Shown here piece by piece: positions 23,380 to 37,900 of a DNA stretch of 64,000 nt (position 1 is its first letter; each line of letters opens with the position of its first letter). Source of the DNA: Eledone cirrhosa (Eukaryota); NCBI GenBank assembly GCA_964016885.1, contig OZ024740.1, forward strand, positions 319,672,001-319,736,000, read 5' to 3'. The position numbers and the translations under genes were made by a program. The notes beneath the pieces are model-generated. The model worked only from the letters and a program-made list of their open reading frames with translations, did no database searches and was not told the DNA's origin.

Positions 23380-23789
23380 ATTAAAATTAACGTTGTCATT
23401 GTGATGGTGGTGCTGGTGTAGTGGTGCTATTGATGTAGTGATGGGGATGTAGTGGTGGTGCTGGTGTTTCTGGTGTCGGTGGTGCATGTGATGATGTAGT
23501 GGTGGTACTGTTCGTGGTAGTTTGTCAATAAGTAATATGTTTCACTACAAATGGTTGGTAACTAATGCTACAGGTGTTATTATTGCTGCTGGTGTTGTTG
23601 TTACTGTTATTGTTCTTTAATCCATGGTCTCTCCTGATCAAGCAGATCTACAAAAGAAAGACATTCTAAGCGTGACTCTTTCATGTACCGCCATTTTTAA
23701 AAGATGGTAGGCTGTGACTCAAGGGTAGTTTTGTTGCTATTTTCAGCAGTTACGTAGAAGAACCCTAGTTAGCATTAACAAAAACAAAG

Positions 23790-23801
23790 AGTTGTTGTTG
23801 T

Positions 23802-23834
<33 letters not shown>

Positions 23835-23856
23835 GTTGTTTGTTGTTTGTTGTTGT
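23790..23856. repeat. (GTT)n microsatellite
   Basis: Direct tandem run with interruptions. Confidence 0.9.
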
Positions 23857-23999
23857 TAGGCCTCTTGTAAACTTTAATTGGGCGGACTTCTCATCAATGG
23901 CCTACCAATCGTAGCTATGTCAGTTTAATTTCCAGACATGATGTAGCTAAAATAGGCCAGAGGTGACGAAACAGAATTCACTTTCAACAATGGTGCTAA

Positions 24000-24637
24000 T
24001 GTTGATGTCGATGATGATGATGATGGTTATGATGGTCATGATGGTCGTGATGGTGAAGATGGTGATGATGATGGTTTATGATGGTCATGATGATCGTGAT
24101 GGTGATGATGATGATGATGATGGTTTATGATGGTCATGATGATCGTGATGGCGATGATGATGATGATGATGATGATGGTTTATGATGGTCATGATGATCG
24201 TGATGGTGATGATGATGTTGATGATGATGATTATGGTTTATGATGGCCATGATGATCGTGATGGTGATGATGATGATGATAATGATTATGGTTTATGATG
24301 GTCATGATGATCGCGATGGGGATGATGATGATGATGATGATGGTTTATGATGGTCATGATGATCGTGATAGTGATGATGATGATGATGATGATGATGGTT
24401 TATGATGGTCATGATGATCGTGATGGTGATGATGATGATGATGATGGTGGTTTATGATGATCATGATGATCGTGATGGTGATGATGATGATGATGATGAT
24501 GATGGTTTATGATGGTCATGATGATCGTGATGGTGATGATGATGATGATGATGATGGTTTATGATGGTCATGATGATCGTGATGGTGATGATAATGATGA
24601 TGATGATGGTTTATGATGGTCATGATGATCGTGATGG

Positions 24638-24669
<32 letters not shown>

Positions 24670-24774
24670 GTGGTTTATGATGATCATGATGATCGTGATG
24701 GTGATGATGATGATGATGATGTTGATGATGATGTTGATGATGATGGTTTATGATGGTCATGATGATCGTGATGG

Positions 24775-24818
<44 letters not shown>

Positions 24819-25161
24819 GTTTATGATGGTCATGATGATCGTAATGGTGATGATGATGATGATGATGATGATGATGGTGGTGGTGATGGTGATGATGATG
24901 ATGATGGTTTATGGTGGACATGATGATCGTGATGGTGATGATGATGATGATGATGATGATGATGGTTTCTGATGGTCATGATGATCGTGATGGTGATGAT
25001 GATGATGATGATGATGATGGTTTATGATGGTCATGATGATCGTGATGGTGATGATGATGTTGATGATGATGATGATGGTTTATGATGGTCATGATGATCG
25101 TGATAGTGATCATGATGATGATGATGATGATGGTTTATGATGGTCATGATGATCGTGATGG

Positions 25162-25202
<41 letters not shown>

Positions 25203-25319
25203 GTTTATGATGGTCATGATGATCGTGATGGTGATGATGATGATGATGATGATGATGATATTGATGATGATGGTTTATGATGGTCATGATGATCGTGATG
25301 GTGATGATGATGATGATGA

Positions 25320-25373
<54 letters not shown>

Positions 25374-25515
25374 GTTTATGATGGTTTATGATGGTCATGA
25401 TGATCGTGATGGTGATGATGATGATGATGATGATGATGATGGTCATGATGATCGTGATGGTGATGATGATGATGATGATGATGATGGTCTATGATGGACA
25501 TGATGATCGTGATGG

Positions 25516-25568
<53 letters not shown>

Positions 25569-25625
25569 GTTTATGATGGTCATGATGATCGTGATGGTGA
25601 TGATGATGATGATGATGATGATGAC
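24000..25625. repeat. Compound minisatellite: fixed 31-nt core GGTTTATGATGGTCATGATGATCGTGATGGT plus a variable (GAT)n tract, about 25 units
   Basis: The core recurs roughly every 50-100 bp, separated by GAT tracts of differing length. Confidence 0.92.
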
Positions 25626-25855
25626 GAGGATGATGATAATGATAATAAGTATCATGACGATGATTATGATGGTGACGAACACGATGGTGATGATGGGGAA
25701 GGCAACGATGATGATGATGATGATACTGACGATGACGATGGTGATAATGATGATGATGAAAAGAAGTAGGAGGTGGAGGAGGAAGAGGAGGAGAAGCAGA
25801 ACGAGAACAGGAATATGGTGATGATGATGATTATGAGAAAGATGATAATGATAAC

Positions 25856-25891
<36 letters not shown>

Positions 25892-25944
25892 TGGTGATGA
25901 TGACGATAATGAAGATGGTGAGTAATATTATGATAATGAAGATG

Positions 25945-28900
25945 ATGGTGACGGCGTTGACTGTGGTGGCGTTGATGGCAGTGACGGCGGTGACTGTGGT
26001 GGTGTTGATGGCAGTGACGGCGGTGACTGTGGTGGTGTTGATGGCAGTGACGGCGGTGACTGTGGTGGTGTTGATGGCAGTGACGGCAGTGAGTGTGGTG
26101 GTGTTGATGGCAGTGACGGCAGTGAGTGTGGTGGTGTTGATGGCAGTGACGGCGGTAAGTGTGGTGGTGTTGATGGCAGTGACGGCAGTGAGTGTGGTGG
26201 TGTTGATGGCAGTGACGGCGGTGACTGTGGTGGTGTTGATGGCAGTGACGGCAGTGAGTGTGGTGGTGTTGATGGCAGTGACGGCGGTGACTGTGGTGGT
26301 GTTGATGGCAGTGACGGCGGTAAGTGTGGTGGTGTTGATGGCAGTGACGGCAGTGAGTCTGGTGGTGTTGATGGCAGTGACGGCGGTGAGTGTGGTGGTG
26401 TTGATGGCAGTAACGGCGGTGACTGTGGTGGTCTTGATGGCAGTGACGGCGGTGAGTGTGGTGGTGTTGATCGCAGTGACGGCGGTGAGTGTGGTGGTGT
26501 TGATGGCAGTGACGGCGGTGAGTGTGGTGGTGTTGATGGCAGTGACGGCGGTGAGTGTGGTGGTGTTGATGGCAGTGACGGTGGTGAGTGTGGTGGTGTT
26601 GATGGCAGTGACGGCGGTGACTGTGGTGGTGTTAATGGCAGTGACGGCGGTGAGTGTGGTGGTGTTGATCGTAGTGACGGCGGTGAGTGTGGTGGTGTTG
26701 ATGGCAGTAACTGCGGTGAGTGTGGTGGTGTTGATGGCAGTGAAGGTGGTGAGTGTGGTGGTGTTGATGGCAGTGACGGCGGTGACTGTGGTGGTGTTGA
26801 TGGCAGTGACGGCGGTGACCGTGGTGGTGTTGATGGCAGTGACGGCGGTGACTGTGGTGGTGTTGATGGCAGTGACGGCGGTGAGTGTGGTGGTGTTGAT
26901 GGCAGTGACGGCGGTGACTGTGGTGGTGTTGATGGCAGTGACGGCGGTGAGTGTGGTGGTGTTGATGGCAGTGACGGCGGTGACTGTGGCGGTGTTGATG
27001 GCAGTGACGGCGGTGAGTGTGGTGGTGTTGATGGCAGTGACGGCGGTAAGTGTGGTGGTGTTGATGGCAGTGACGGCGGTGACCGTGGTGGTGTTGATGG
27101 CAGTGACGGCGGTAAGTGTGGTGGTGTTGATGGCAGTGACGGCGGTGACTGTGGTGGTGTTGATGGCAGTGACGGCGGTGACTGTGGTGGTGTTGATGGC
27201 AGTGACGGCGGTGAGTGTGATGTTGTTGATGGCAGTGACGGCGGTGACTGTGGTGGTGTTGATGGCAGTGACGGCGGTGACCGTGGTGGTGTTGATGGCA
27301 GTGACGGCGGTGACTGTGGTGGCGTTGATGGCAGTGACGGCGGTGATTGTGGTGGTGTTGATGGCAGTGACGGCGGTGAGTGTGGTGGTGTTGATGGCAG
27401 TGACGGCGGTGACCGTGGTGGTGTTGATGGCAGTGACGACGGTGACTGTGGTGGTGTTGATGGCAGTGACGGCGGTGATTGTGGTGGTGTTGATGGCAGT
27501 GACGGCGGTGAGTGTGGTGGTATTGATGGCAGTGACGGCGGTGACTGTGGTGGTGTTGATGGCAGTGACGGCGGTGAGTGTGGTGGTGTTGATGGCAGTG
27601 ACGGCGGTGAGTGTGGTGGTGTTGGTGGCAGTGAAGGTGGTAAGTGTGGTGGTGTTGATGGCAGTGACGGCTGTGACTGTGGTGGTGTTGGTGGCAGTGA
27701 CGGTGGTGACTGTGGTGGAGTTGATGGCAGTGACGGCGGTGACTGTGGTGGTGTTGATGGCAGTGACGGTGGTGACTGTGGTGGTGTTGATGGCAGTGAC
27801 GGCGGTGTGTGTGGTGGTGTTGATGGCAGTGGCGGCGGTGACTGTGGTGGTGTTGATGGCAGTGACGGCGGTGAGTGTGGTGGTGTTGATGGCAGTGACG
27901 GCGGTGACTGTGGTGGTGTTGATGGCAGAGACGGCGGTGACTGTGGTGTTGTTGATGGCAGTGACGGCGGTGACTGTGGTGGTGTTGATGGCAGTGACGG
28001 CGGTGAGTGTGGTGGTGTTGATGGCAGTGACGGCGGTGACGGTGGTGGTGTTGATGGCAGTGACGGCGGTGAGTGTGGTGGTGTTGATGGCAGTGACGGT
28101 GGCGACTGTGGTGGTGTTGATGGCAGTGACGGCGGTAAGTGTGGTGGTGTTGATGGCAGTGACGGTGGCGACTGTGGTGGTGTTGATGGCAGTGACGGCG
28201 GTGAGTGTGGTGGTGTTGATGGCAGTGACGGCGGTGACTGTGGTGGTGTTGATGGCAGTGACGGCGGTGACTGTGGTGGTGTTGATGGCAGTGACGGCGG
28301 TGACTGTGGTGGTGTTGATGGCAGTGACGGCGGTGAGTGTGGTGGTGTTGATGGCAGTGACGGCGGTGACTGTGGTGGTGTTGATGGCAGTAACGGCGGT
28401 GAGTGTGGTGGTGTTGATGGCAGTGACGGCGGTGACCGTGGTGGTGTTGATGGCATTGACGGCGGTGACTGTGGTGTTGTTGATGGCAGTGACGGCGGTG
28501 ACTGTGGTGGTGTTGATGGCAGTGACGGCGGTGAGTGTGGTGTTGTTTATGGCAGTGACGGCGGTGACTGTGGTGGTGTTGATGGCAGTGACGGCGGTAA
28601 GTGTGGTGGTGTTGATGGCAGTGACGGCGGTGACTGTGGTGGTGTTGATGGCAGTGACGGCGGTGAGTGTGGTGGTGTTGATGGCAGTGACGGCGGTGAC
28701 TGTGGTGGTGTTGATGGCAGTGACGGTGGTGACTGTGGTGGTGTTGATGGCAGTGACGGCGGTGTGTGTGGTGGTGTTGATGGCAGTGGCGGCGGTGACT
28801 GTGGTGGTGTTGATGGCAGTGACGGTGGTGACTGTGGTGGTGTTGATGGCAGTGACGGCGGTGTGTGTGGTGGTGTTGATGGCAGTGGCGGCGGTGACTG

Positions 28901-31900
28901 TGGTGGTGTTGATGGCAGTGACGGCGGTGAGTGTGGTGGTGTTGATGGCAGTGACGGCGGTGAGTGTGGTGGTGTTGATGGCAGTGACGGCGGTGAGTGT
29001 GGTGGTGTTGATGGCAGTGACGGCGGTTACTGTGGTGGTGTTGATGGCTGTGACGGCGGTGACTGTGGTGGTGTTGATGGCAGAGACGGCGGTGAGTGTG
29101 GTGGTGTTGATGGCAGTGACGGCGGTGAGTGTGATGGTGTTGATGGCAGTGACGGCGGCGACTGTGGTGGTGTTGATGGCAATGACGACGGTGAGTGTGG
29201 TGGTGTTGATGGCAGTGACGGCGGTGAGTGTGGTGGTGTTGATGGCAGTGACGGCGGTGACTGTGGTGGTGTTGATGGCAGTGACGGCGGTGACTGTGGT
29301 GGTGTTGATGGCAGTGACGGCGGTGAGTGTGGTAGTGTTGATGGCAGTGACGGCGGTGACTGTGGTGGTGTTGATGGCAGTGACGGCGGTGAGTGTGGTG
29401 GTGTTGATGTCAGTGACGGCGGTGAGTGTGGTGGTGTTGATGGCAGTGACGGCGGTGAGTGTGGTGGTGTTGATGGCAGTGACGGCGGTGAGTGTGGTGG
29501 TGTTGATGGCAGTGACGGCGGTGACTGTGGTGGTGTTGATGGCAGTGACGGCGGTGAGTGTGGTGGTGTTGATGGCAGTGACGGCGGTGACTGTGGTGCT
29601 GTTGATGGCAGTGACGGCGGTGAGTGTGGTGTTGTTGATGGCAGTGACGGCGGTGACTGTGGTGGTGTTGATGGCAGTGACGGCGGTGAGTGTGGTGGTG
29701 TTGATGGCAGTGACGGCGGTGACTGTGGTGGTGTTGATGGCAGTGACGGCGGTGACTGTGGTGTTGTTGATGGCAGTGACTGTGGTGGTGTTGTGGTGTT
29801 GATGGCAGTGACGGCGGTGAGTGTGGTGGTGTTGATGACAGTGACGGCGGTGAGTGTGGTGGTGTTGATGGCAGTGACGGCGGTTACTGTGGTGGTGTTG
29901 ATGGCTGTGACGGCGGTGACTGTGCTGGTGTTGATGGCAGAGACGGCGGTGAGTGTGGTGGTGTTGATGGCAGTGACGGCGGTGAGTGTGATGGTGTTGA
30001 TGGCAGTGACGGCGGCGACTGTGGTGGTGTTGATGGCAATGACGACGGTGAGTGTGGTGGTGTTGATGGCAGTGACGGCGGTGAGTGTGGTGGTGTTGAT
30101 GGCAGTGACGGCGGTGACTGTGGTGGTGTTGATGGCAGTGACGGCGGTGACTGTGGTGGTGTTGATGGCAGTGACGGCGGTGAGTGTGGTGGTGTTGATG
30201 GCAGTGACGGCGGTGACTGTGGTGGTGTTGATGGCAGTGACGGCGGTGAGTGTGGTGGTGTTGATGTCAGTGACGGCGGTGAGTGTGGTGGTGTTGATGG
30301 CAGTGACGGCGGTGAGTGTGGTGGTGTTGATGGCAGTGACGGCGGTGAGTGTGGTGGTGTTGATGGCAGTGACGGCGGTGACTTTGGTGGTGTTGATGGC
30401 AGTGACGGCGGTGAGTGTGGTGGTGTTGATGGCAGTGACGGCGGTGACTGTGGTGCTGTTGATGGCAGTGACGGCGGTGAGTGTGGTGTTGTTGATGGCA
30501 GTGACGGCGGTGACTGTGGTGGTGTTGATGGCAGTGACGGCGGTAAGTGTGGTGGTGTTGATGGCAGTGACGGCGGTGACTGTGGTGGTGTTGATGGCAG
30601 TGACGGCGGTGAGTGTGGTGGTGTTGATGGCAGTGACGGCGGTGAGTGTGGTGGTGTTGATGGCAGTGACGGCGGTTACCGTGGTGGTGTTGATGGCAGT
30701 GACGGCGGTGACTGTGGTGGTGTTGATGGCAGTGACGGCGGTGACTGTGGTGGTGTTGATGGCAGTGACGGCGGTGAGTGTGGTGGTGTTGATGGCAGTG
30801 ACGGCGGTGAGTGTGGTGGTGTTGATAGCAGTGAAGGCGGTGACTGTGGTGGTGTTGATGGCAGTGACGGCGGTGAGTGTGGTGGTGTTGATGGCAGTGA
30901 CGGCGGTGACTGTGGTGGTGTTGATGGCAATGACGGCGGTGAGTGTGGTGGTGTTGATGGCAGTGACGGCGGTGACTGTGGTGGTGTTGATGGCAGTGAC
31001 GGCGGTGAGTGTGGTGGTGTTGATGGCAGTGAAGGCGGTGACTGTGGTGGTGTTGATGGCAGTGACGGCGGTGAGTGTGGTGGTGTTGATGGCAGTGACG
31101 GCGGTGACTGTGGTGGTGTTGATGGCAGTGACGGCGGTGAGTGTGGTGGTGATGATGGCAGTGACGGCGGTGACTGTGGTGGTGTTGATGGCAGTGACGG
31201 CGGTTACCGTGGTGGTGTTGATGGCAGTAACGGCGGTGACTGTGGTGGTGTTGATGGCAGTGACGGCGGTGACTGTGGTGGTGTTGATGGCAGTGACGGC
31301 GGTGACTGTGGTGGTGTTGATGGCAGTGACGGCGGTGAGTGTCGTGGTGTTGATGGCAGTGACGGCGGTGACTGTGGTGTTGTTGATGGTAGTGACGGCG
31401 GTGAGTGTGGTGGTGTTGATGGCAGTGACGGCGGTGACCGTGGTGGTGTTGATGGCAGTGACGGCGGTGACTGTGGTGGTGTTGATGGCAGTGACGGCGG
31501 TGAGTGTGGTGGTGTTGATGGCAGTGACGGCGGTGACTGTGGTGGTGTTGATGGCAGTGACGGCGGTGAGTGTGGTGGTGTTGATGGCAGTGACGGCGGT
31601 GACTGTCGTGGAGTTGATGGCAGTGACGGCGGTGAGTGTGGTGGTGTTGATGGCAGTGACGGCGGTGACTGTGGTGGTGTTGATGGCAGTGACGGCGGTG
31701 AGTGTGGTGGTGTTGATGGCAGTGTAGGCGGTGACTGTGGTGGTGTTGATGGCAGTGACGGCGGTGAGTGTGGTGGTGTTGATGGCAGTGACGGCGGTGA
31801 CTGTGGTGGTGTTGATGGCAGTGACGGCGGTGAGTGTGGTGGCGTTGATGGCAGTGACGGCGGTGACTGTGGTGGTGTTGATGGCAGTGACGGCGGTGAG

Positions 31901-34900
31901 TGTGGTGGTGTTGATGGCAGTGACGGCGGTTACCGTGGTGGTGTTGATGGCAGTGACGGCGGTGACTGTGGTGGTGTTGATGGCAGTGACGGCGGTGACC
32001 GTGGTGGTATTGATGGCAGTGACGGGGGTGAGTGTGGTGGTGTTGATGGCAGTGACGGCGGTGAGTGTTGTGGTGTTGATCGCAGTGACGGCGGTGAGTG
32101 TGATGGTGTTGATGGCAGTGACGGCGGTGACTGTGGCTGTGTTGATGGCAGTGACGGCGGTGACTGTGGTGGTGTTGATGGCAGTGACGGCGGTGACTGT
32201 GGTGGTGTTGATGGCAGTGACGGCGGTGAGTGTGGTGTTGTTGATGGCAATGACGGCGGTGACTGTGGTGGTGTTGATGGCAGTGACGGCGGTGAGTGTG
32301 GTGGTGTTGATGGCAGTGACGGCGGTGAGTGTGGTGTTGTTGATGGCAGTGACGGCGGTGACTGTAGTGGTGTTGATGGCAGTGACGACGGTGAGTGTGG
32401 TGGTGTTGATGGCAGTGACGGCGGTGACTGTGGTGGTGTTGATGGCAGTGACGGCGGTGAGTGTGGTGGTGTTGATGGCAGTGACGGCGGTGACTGTGGT
32501 GGTGTTGATGGCAGTGACGGCGGTGACTGTGGTGGTGTTGATGGCAGTGACGGCGGTGAGTGTCGTGGTGTTGATGGCAGTGACGGCGGTGACTGTGGTG
32601 GTGTTGATGGCAGTGACGGCGGTGACTGTGGTGGTGTTGATGGCAGTGACGGCGGTGACTGTGGTGGTGTTGATGTCAGTGACGACGGTGACTGTGGTGG
32701 TGTTGATGGCAGTGACGACGGTGAGTGTGGTGGTGTTGATGGCAGTGACGGCGGTGATTGTGGTGGTGTTGATGGCAGTGACGGCGGTCGATGTGGTGGT
32801 GTTGATGGCAGTGACGGCGGTGGGTGTGGTGGTGTTGATGGCAGTGACGGCGGTCGGTGTGGTGGTGTTGATGGCAGTGACGGCGGTGGGTGTGGTGGTG
32901 TTGATGGCAGTGACGGCGGTGAGTGTGGTGGTGTTGATGGCAGTGACGGCGGTGATTGTGGTGGTGTTGATGGCAGTGACGGCGGTCGGTGTGGTGGTGT
33001 TGATGGCAGTGACGGCGGTGATTGTGGTGGTGTTGATGGCAGTGACGGCGGTCGGTGTGGTGGTGTTGATGGCAGTGACGGCGGTGGGTGTGGTGGTGTT
33101 GATGGCAGTGACGGCGGTGAGTGTGGTGGTGTTGATGGCAGTGACGGCGGTGAGTGTGGTGGTGTTGATGGCAGTGACGGCGGTGAGTGTGGTGGTGTTG
33201 ATGGCAGTGACGGCGGTGAGTGTGGTGGTGTTGATGGCAGTGACGGCGGTGAGTGTGGTGGTGTTGATGGCAGTGACGGCGGTGAGTGTGGTGTTGTTGA
33301 TGGCAGTGACGGCGGTGAGTGTGGTGGTGTTGATGGCAGTGACGGCGGCGACTGTGGTGGTGTTGATGGCTATGACGGTGGATAGTGTTGTGGTGTTGAT
33401 GGCAGTGACGGCGGTGAGTGTGGTGGTGTTGATGGCAGTGACGGCGGTGAGTGTGGTGGTGTTGATGGCAGTGACGGCGGTGAGTGTGGTGGTGTTGATG
33501 GCTGTGACGGCGGTGACTGTGGTGGTGTTGATGGCAGTGACGGCGGTGAGTGTGATGGTGTTGATGGCAGTGACGGCGGTGAGTGTGATGGTGTTGATGG
33601 CAGTGACGGCGGTGACTGTGGTGGTGTTGATGGCAATGACGACGGTGAGTGTGGTGGTGTTGATGGCAGTGACGGCGGTGACTGTGGTGGTGTTGATGGC
33701 AGTGACGGCGGTGACTGTGGTGGTGTTGATGGCAGTGACGGCGGTGAGTGTGGTGGTGTTGATGGCAGTGACGGCGGTGAGTGTGATGGTGTTGATGGCG
33801 GTGACGGCGGTGAGTGTGGTGGTGTTGATGGCAGTGACGGCGGTGACTGTGGTGGTGTTGATGGCAGTGACGGCGGTGACTGTGGTGGTGGTGTTGATGG
33901 CAGTGACGGCGGTGAGTGTGGTGTTGTTGATCGGAGTGACGGCGGTGAGTGTGGTGGTGTTGATGGCAGTGACGGCGGTGAGTATGGTGGGTTTGATGGC
34001 AGTGACGGCGATGACTGTGGTGGTGTTGATCGCAGTGACGGCGGTGAGTGTGATGGTGTTGGTCGCAGTGACGGCGGTGAGTGTGATGGTGTTGATGGCA
34101 GTGACGGCAGTGAGTGTGGTGGTGTTGATGGCAGTGACGGCGGTGACTGTGGTGGTGTTGATGGCTGTGACGGCGGTGACTGTGGTGGTGTTGATCGCAG
34201 TGACGGCGGTGAGTGTGATGGTGTTGGTCGCAGTGACGGCGGTGAGTGTGATGGTGTTGATGGCAGTGACGGCGGTGACTGTGGGGGTGTTGATGGCAGT
34301 GACGGCGGTGAGTGTGGCGGTATTGATGGCAGTGACGGCGGTGAGTGTGGTGGCGTTGATGGCAGTGACAGCGGGGACTGTGGTGGTGTTGATGGCAGTG
34401 ACGGCGGTGACTGTGGTGGTGTTGATGGCAGTGACGGCGGTGACTGTGGTGGTGTTGATCGCAGTGACGGCGGTGACTGTGGTGGTGTTGATCGCAGTGA
34501 CGGCGGTGACTGTGGAGGTGTTGATGGCAGTGACGGCGTTGACTGTGGTGGTGTTGATGGCAGTGACGGCGGTGACTGTGGTGGTGTTGATCGCAGTGAC
34601 GCCGGTGACTGTCGTGGCGTTGATGGCAGTGACAGCGGTGAGTGTCGTGGTGTTGATGGCAGTGACGGCGGTGACTGTGGTGGTGTTGATGGCAGTGACG
34701 GCGGTGACTGTGGTGGTGTTCATGGCAGTGACGGCGGTGACTGTGGTGGTGTTGATCGCAGTGACGGCGGTGACTGTGGTCGTGTTGATCGCAGTGACGG
34801 CGGTGAGTGTGGTGGTGTTGATGGCAGTGACGGCGGTGAGTGTGGTGGTGTTGATGGCAGTGACGGCGGTGAGTGTGGTGGCGTTGATGGCAGTGACGGC

Positions 34901-37900
34901 GGTGACTGTGGTGGTGTTGATGGCAGTGACGGCGGTGACTGTGGTGGTGTTGATGGCAGTGACGGCGGTGAGTGTGATGGTGTTGATGGCAGTGACGGCG
35001 GTGACTGTGGTGGTGTTGATGGCAGTGACGGCTGTGACTGTGGTGGTGTTGATGGCAGTGACGGCGGTGACTGTGGTGGCGTTGATGGCAGTGACGGCGG
35101 TGAGTGTGGTGGTGTTGATGGCAGTGACGGCGGTGACTGTGGTGGTTTTGATGGCAGTGACGGAGGTGGCTGTTGTGGTGTTGATGGCAGTGACGGCGGT
35201 GACTGTGGTGGTGTTGATCGCAGTGACGGCGGTGAGTGTGATGGTGTTGATGGCAGTGACGTCGGTGACTGTGGTGGTGTTGATGGCAGCGACGGCGGTG
35301 ATTGTGGTGGTGTTGATCCCAGTGACGGCGGTGAGTGTGGTGGTGTTGATGGCAGTGACGGCGGTGACCGTGGTGGTGTTGATGGCAGTGACGGCGGTGA
35401 CTGTGGTGGTGTTGATGGCAGTGACGGCGGTGAGTTTGTGGTGTTGATGGCAGTGACCGCGGTGAGTGTGGTGGTGTTGATAGCAGTGACGGCGTTGACT
35501 GTGGTGGTGTTGATGGCAGTGACGGCGGTGACTGTGGTGGTGTTGATGGCAGTGACGGCGGTAAGTGTGGTGGTGTTGATGGCAGTGACGGCGGTGAGTG
35601 TGGTGGTGTTGATGGCAGTGACGGCGGTTACCGTGGTGGTGTTGATGGCAGTGACGGCGGTGACTGTGGTGGTGTTGATGGCAGTGACGGCGGTGACTGT
35701 AGTGGTGTTGATGGCAGTGACGGCGGTGAGTGTGGTGGTGTTGATGGCAGTGACGGCGGTGACTGTGGTGGTGTGGATGGCAGTGACGGCGGTGACTGTG
35801 GTGGTGTTGATGGCAGTGACGGCGGTGACTGTGGTGGTGTTGATGGCAGTGACGACGGTGAGTGTCGTGGTGTTGATGGCAGTGACGGCGGTGACTGTGG
35901 TGGTGTTGATGGCAGTGACGGCGGTGAGTGTGGTGGTGTTGATGGCAGTGACGGCGGTGACTGTGGTGGTGTTGATGGCAGTGACAGCGGTGACCGTGGT
36001 GGTGTTGATGGCAGTGACGGGGGTGAGTGTGGTGGTGTTGATGGCAGTGACGGCGGTGAGTGTGATGGTGTTGATGGCAGTGACGGCGGTGACTGAGGTG
36101 GTGTTGATCGCAGTGACGGCGGTGACTGTGGTGGTGTTGATCGCAGTGACGGCGGTGACTGTGGTGGTGTTGATGGCAGTGACGGCGGTGAGTGTGGTGG
36201 TGTTGATGGCAGTGACGGCGGTGACTGTGGTGGTGTTGATGGCAGTGACGGCGGTGAGTGTGGTGGTGTTGATGGCAGTGACGGCGGTGACTGTGGTGGT
36301 GTTGATGGCAGTGACGGCGGTGAGTGTGGTGGTGTTGATGGCAGTGACGGCGGTGACTGTGATGGTGTTGATGGCAGTGACGGCGGTGAGTGTGGTGTTG
36401 TTGATGACAGTGACGGCGGTGACTGTGGTGGTGTTGATGGCAGTGACGACGGTGAGTGTGGTGGTGTTGATGGCAATGACGGCGGTGAGTGTGGTGGTGT
36501 TGATTGCAGTGACGGCGGTGAGTGTGGTGGTGTTGATGGCAGTGACGACGGTGAGTGTGATGGTGTTGATGGCAGTGACGACGGTGAGTGTGGTGGTGTT
36601 GATGGCAGTGACGGCGGTGACTGTGGTGGTGTTGATGGCAGTGACGGCGGTCGGTGTGGTGGTGTTGAAGGCAGTGACGGCTGTGGGTGTGGTGGTGTTG
36701 ATGGCAGTGACGGCGGTGAGTGTGGTGGTGTTGATGGCAGTGACGGCGGTGAGTGTGGTGGTGTTGATGGCAGTGACGGCGGTGAGTGTGGTGGTGTTGA
36801 TGGCAGTGACGGCGGTGACTGTGGTGGTGTTGATGGCAGTGACGGCGGTCGGTGTGGTGGTGTTGATGGCATTGACGGCGGTGGGTGTGGTGGTGTTGAT
36901 GGCAGTGACGGCGGTGAGTGTGGTGGTGTTGATGGCAGTGACGGCGGTGAGTGTGGTGGTGTTGATGGCAGTGACGACGGTGAGTGTGGTGGTGTTGATG
37001 GCAGTGACGGCGGTGACTGTGGTGGTGTTGATGGCAGTGACGGCGGTCGGTGTGGTGGTGTTGATGGCAGTGACGGCGGTGGGTGTGGTGGTGTTGATGG
37101 CAGTGACGGCGGTGACTGTGGTGGTGTTGATGGCAGTGACGGCGGCGACTGTGGTGGTGTTGATGGTAATGACGGCGGATAGTGTTGTGGTGTTGATGGC
37201 AGTGACGGCGGTGAGTGTGGTGGTGTTGATGGCAGTGACGGCGGTGAGTGTGGTGGTGTTGATGGCAGTGATGGCGGTGAGTGTGGTGGTGTTGATGGCT
37301 GTGACGGCGGTGACTGTGGTGGTGTTGATGGCAGTGACGGCGGTGACTGTGGTGGTGTTGATGGCAGTGACGGCGGTGACTGTGGTGGTGTTGATGGCAG
37401 TGACGGCGGTGACTGTGGTGGCGTTGATGGCAGTGACGGCGGTGAGTGTGGTGGTGTTGATGGCAGTGACGGCGGTGACTGTGGTGGTTTTGATGGCAGT
37501 GACGGAGGTGGCTGTTGTGGTGTTGATGGCAGTGACGGCGGTGACTGTGGTGGTGTTGATCGCAGTGACGGCGGTGAGTGTGATGGTGTTGATGGCAGTG
37601 ACGTCGGTGACTGTGGTGGTGTTGATGGCAGCGACGGCGGTGATTGTGGTGGTGTTGATCCCAGTGACGGCGGTGAGTGTGGTGGTGTTGATGGCAGTGA
37701 CGGCGGTGACCGTGGTGGTGTTGATGGCAGTGACGGCGGTGACTGTGGTGGTGTTGATGGCAGTGACGGCGGTGAGTTTGTGGTGTTGATGGCAGTGACC
37801 GCGGTGAGTGTGGTGGTGTTGATAGCAGTGACGGCGTTGACTGTGGTGGTGTTGATGGCAGTGACGGCGGTGACTGTGGTGGTGTTGATGGCAGTGACGG

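Noticed and set aside
24000-25625. CRISPR-like repeat-spacer appearance
   Set aside because: The spacers are only (GAT)n of varying length, there are no cas genes, and the context is eukaryotic.
29027-34723. Resemblance of TAINTTTVTAV to the 11-residue T-x2-N-x7 periodicity of type I antifreeze proteins
   Set aside because: The repeat is not Ala-rich, there is no gene structure, and the 11-residue period follows automatically from the 33-bp unit.
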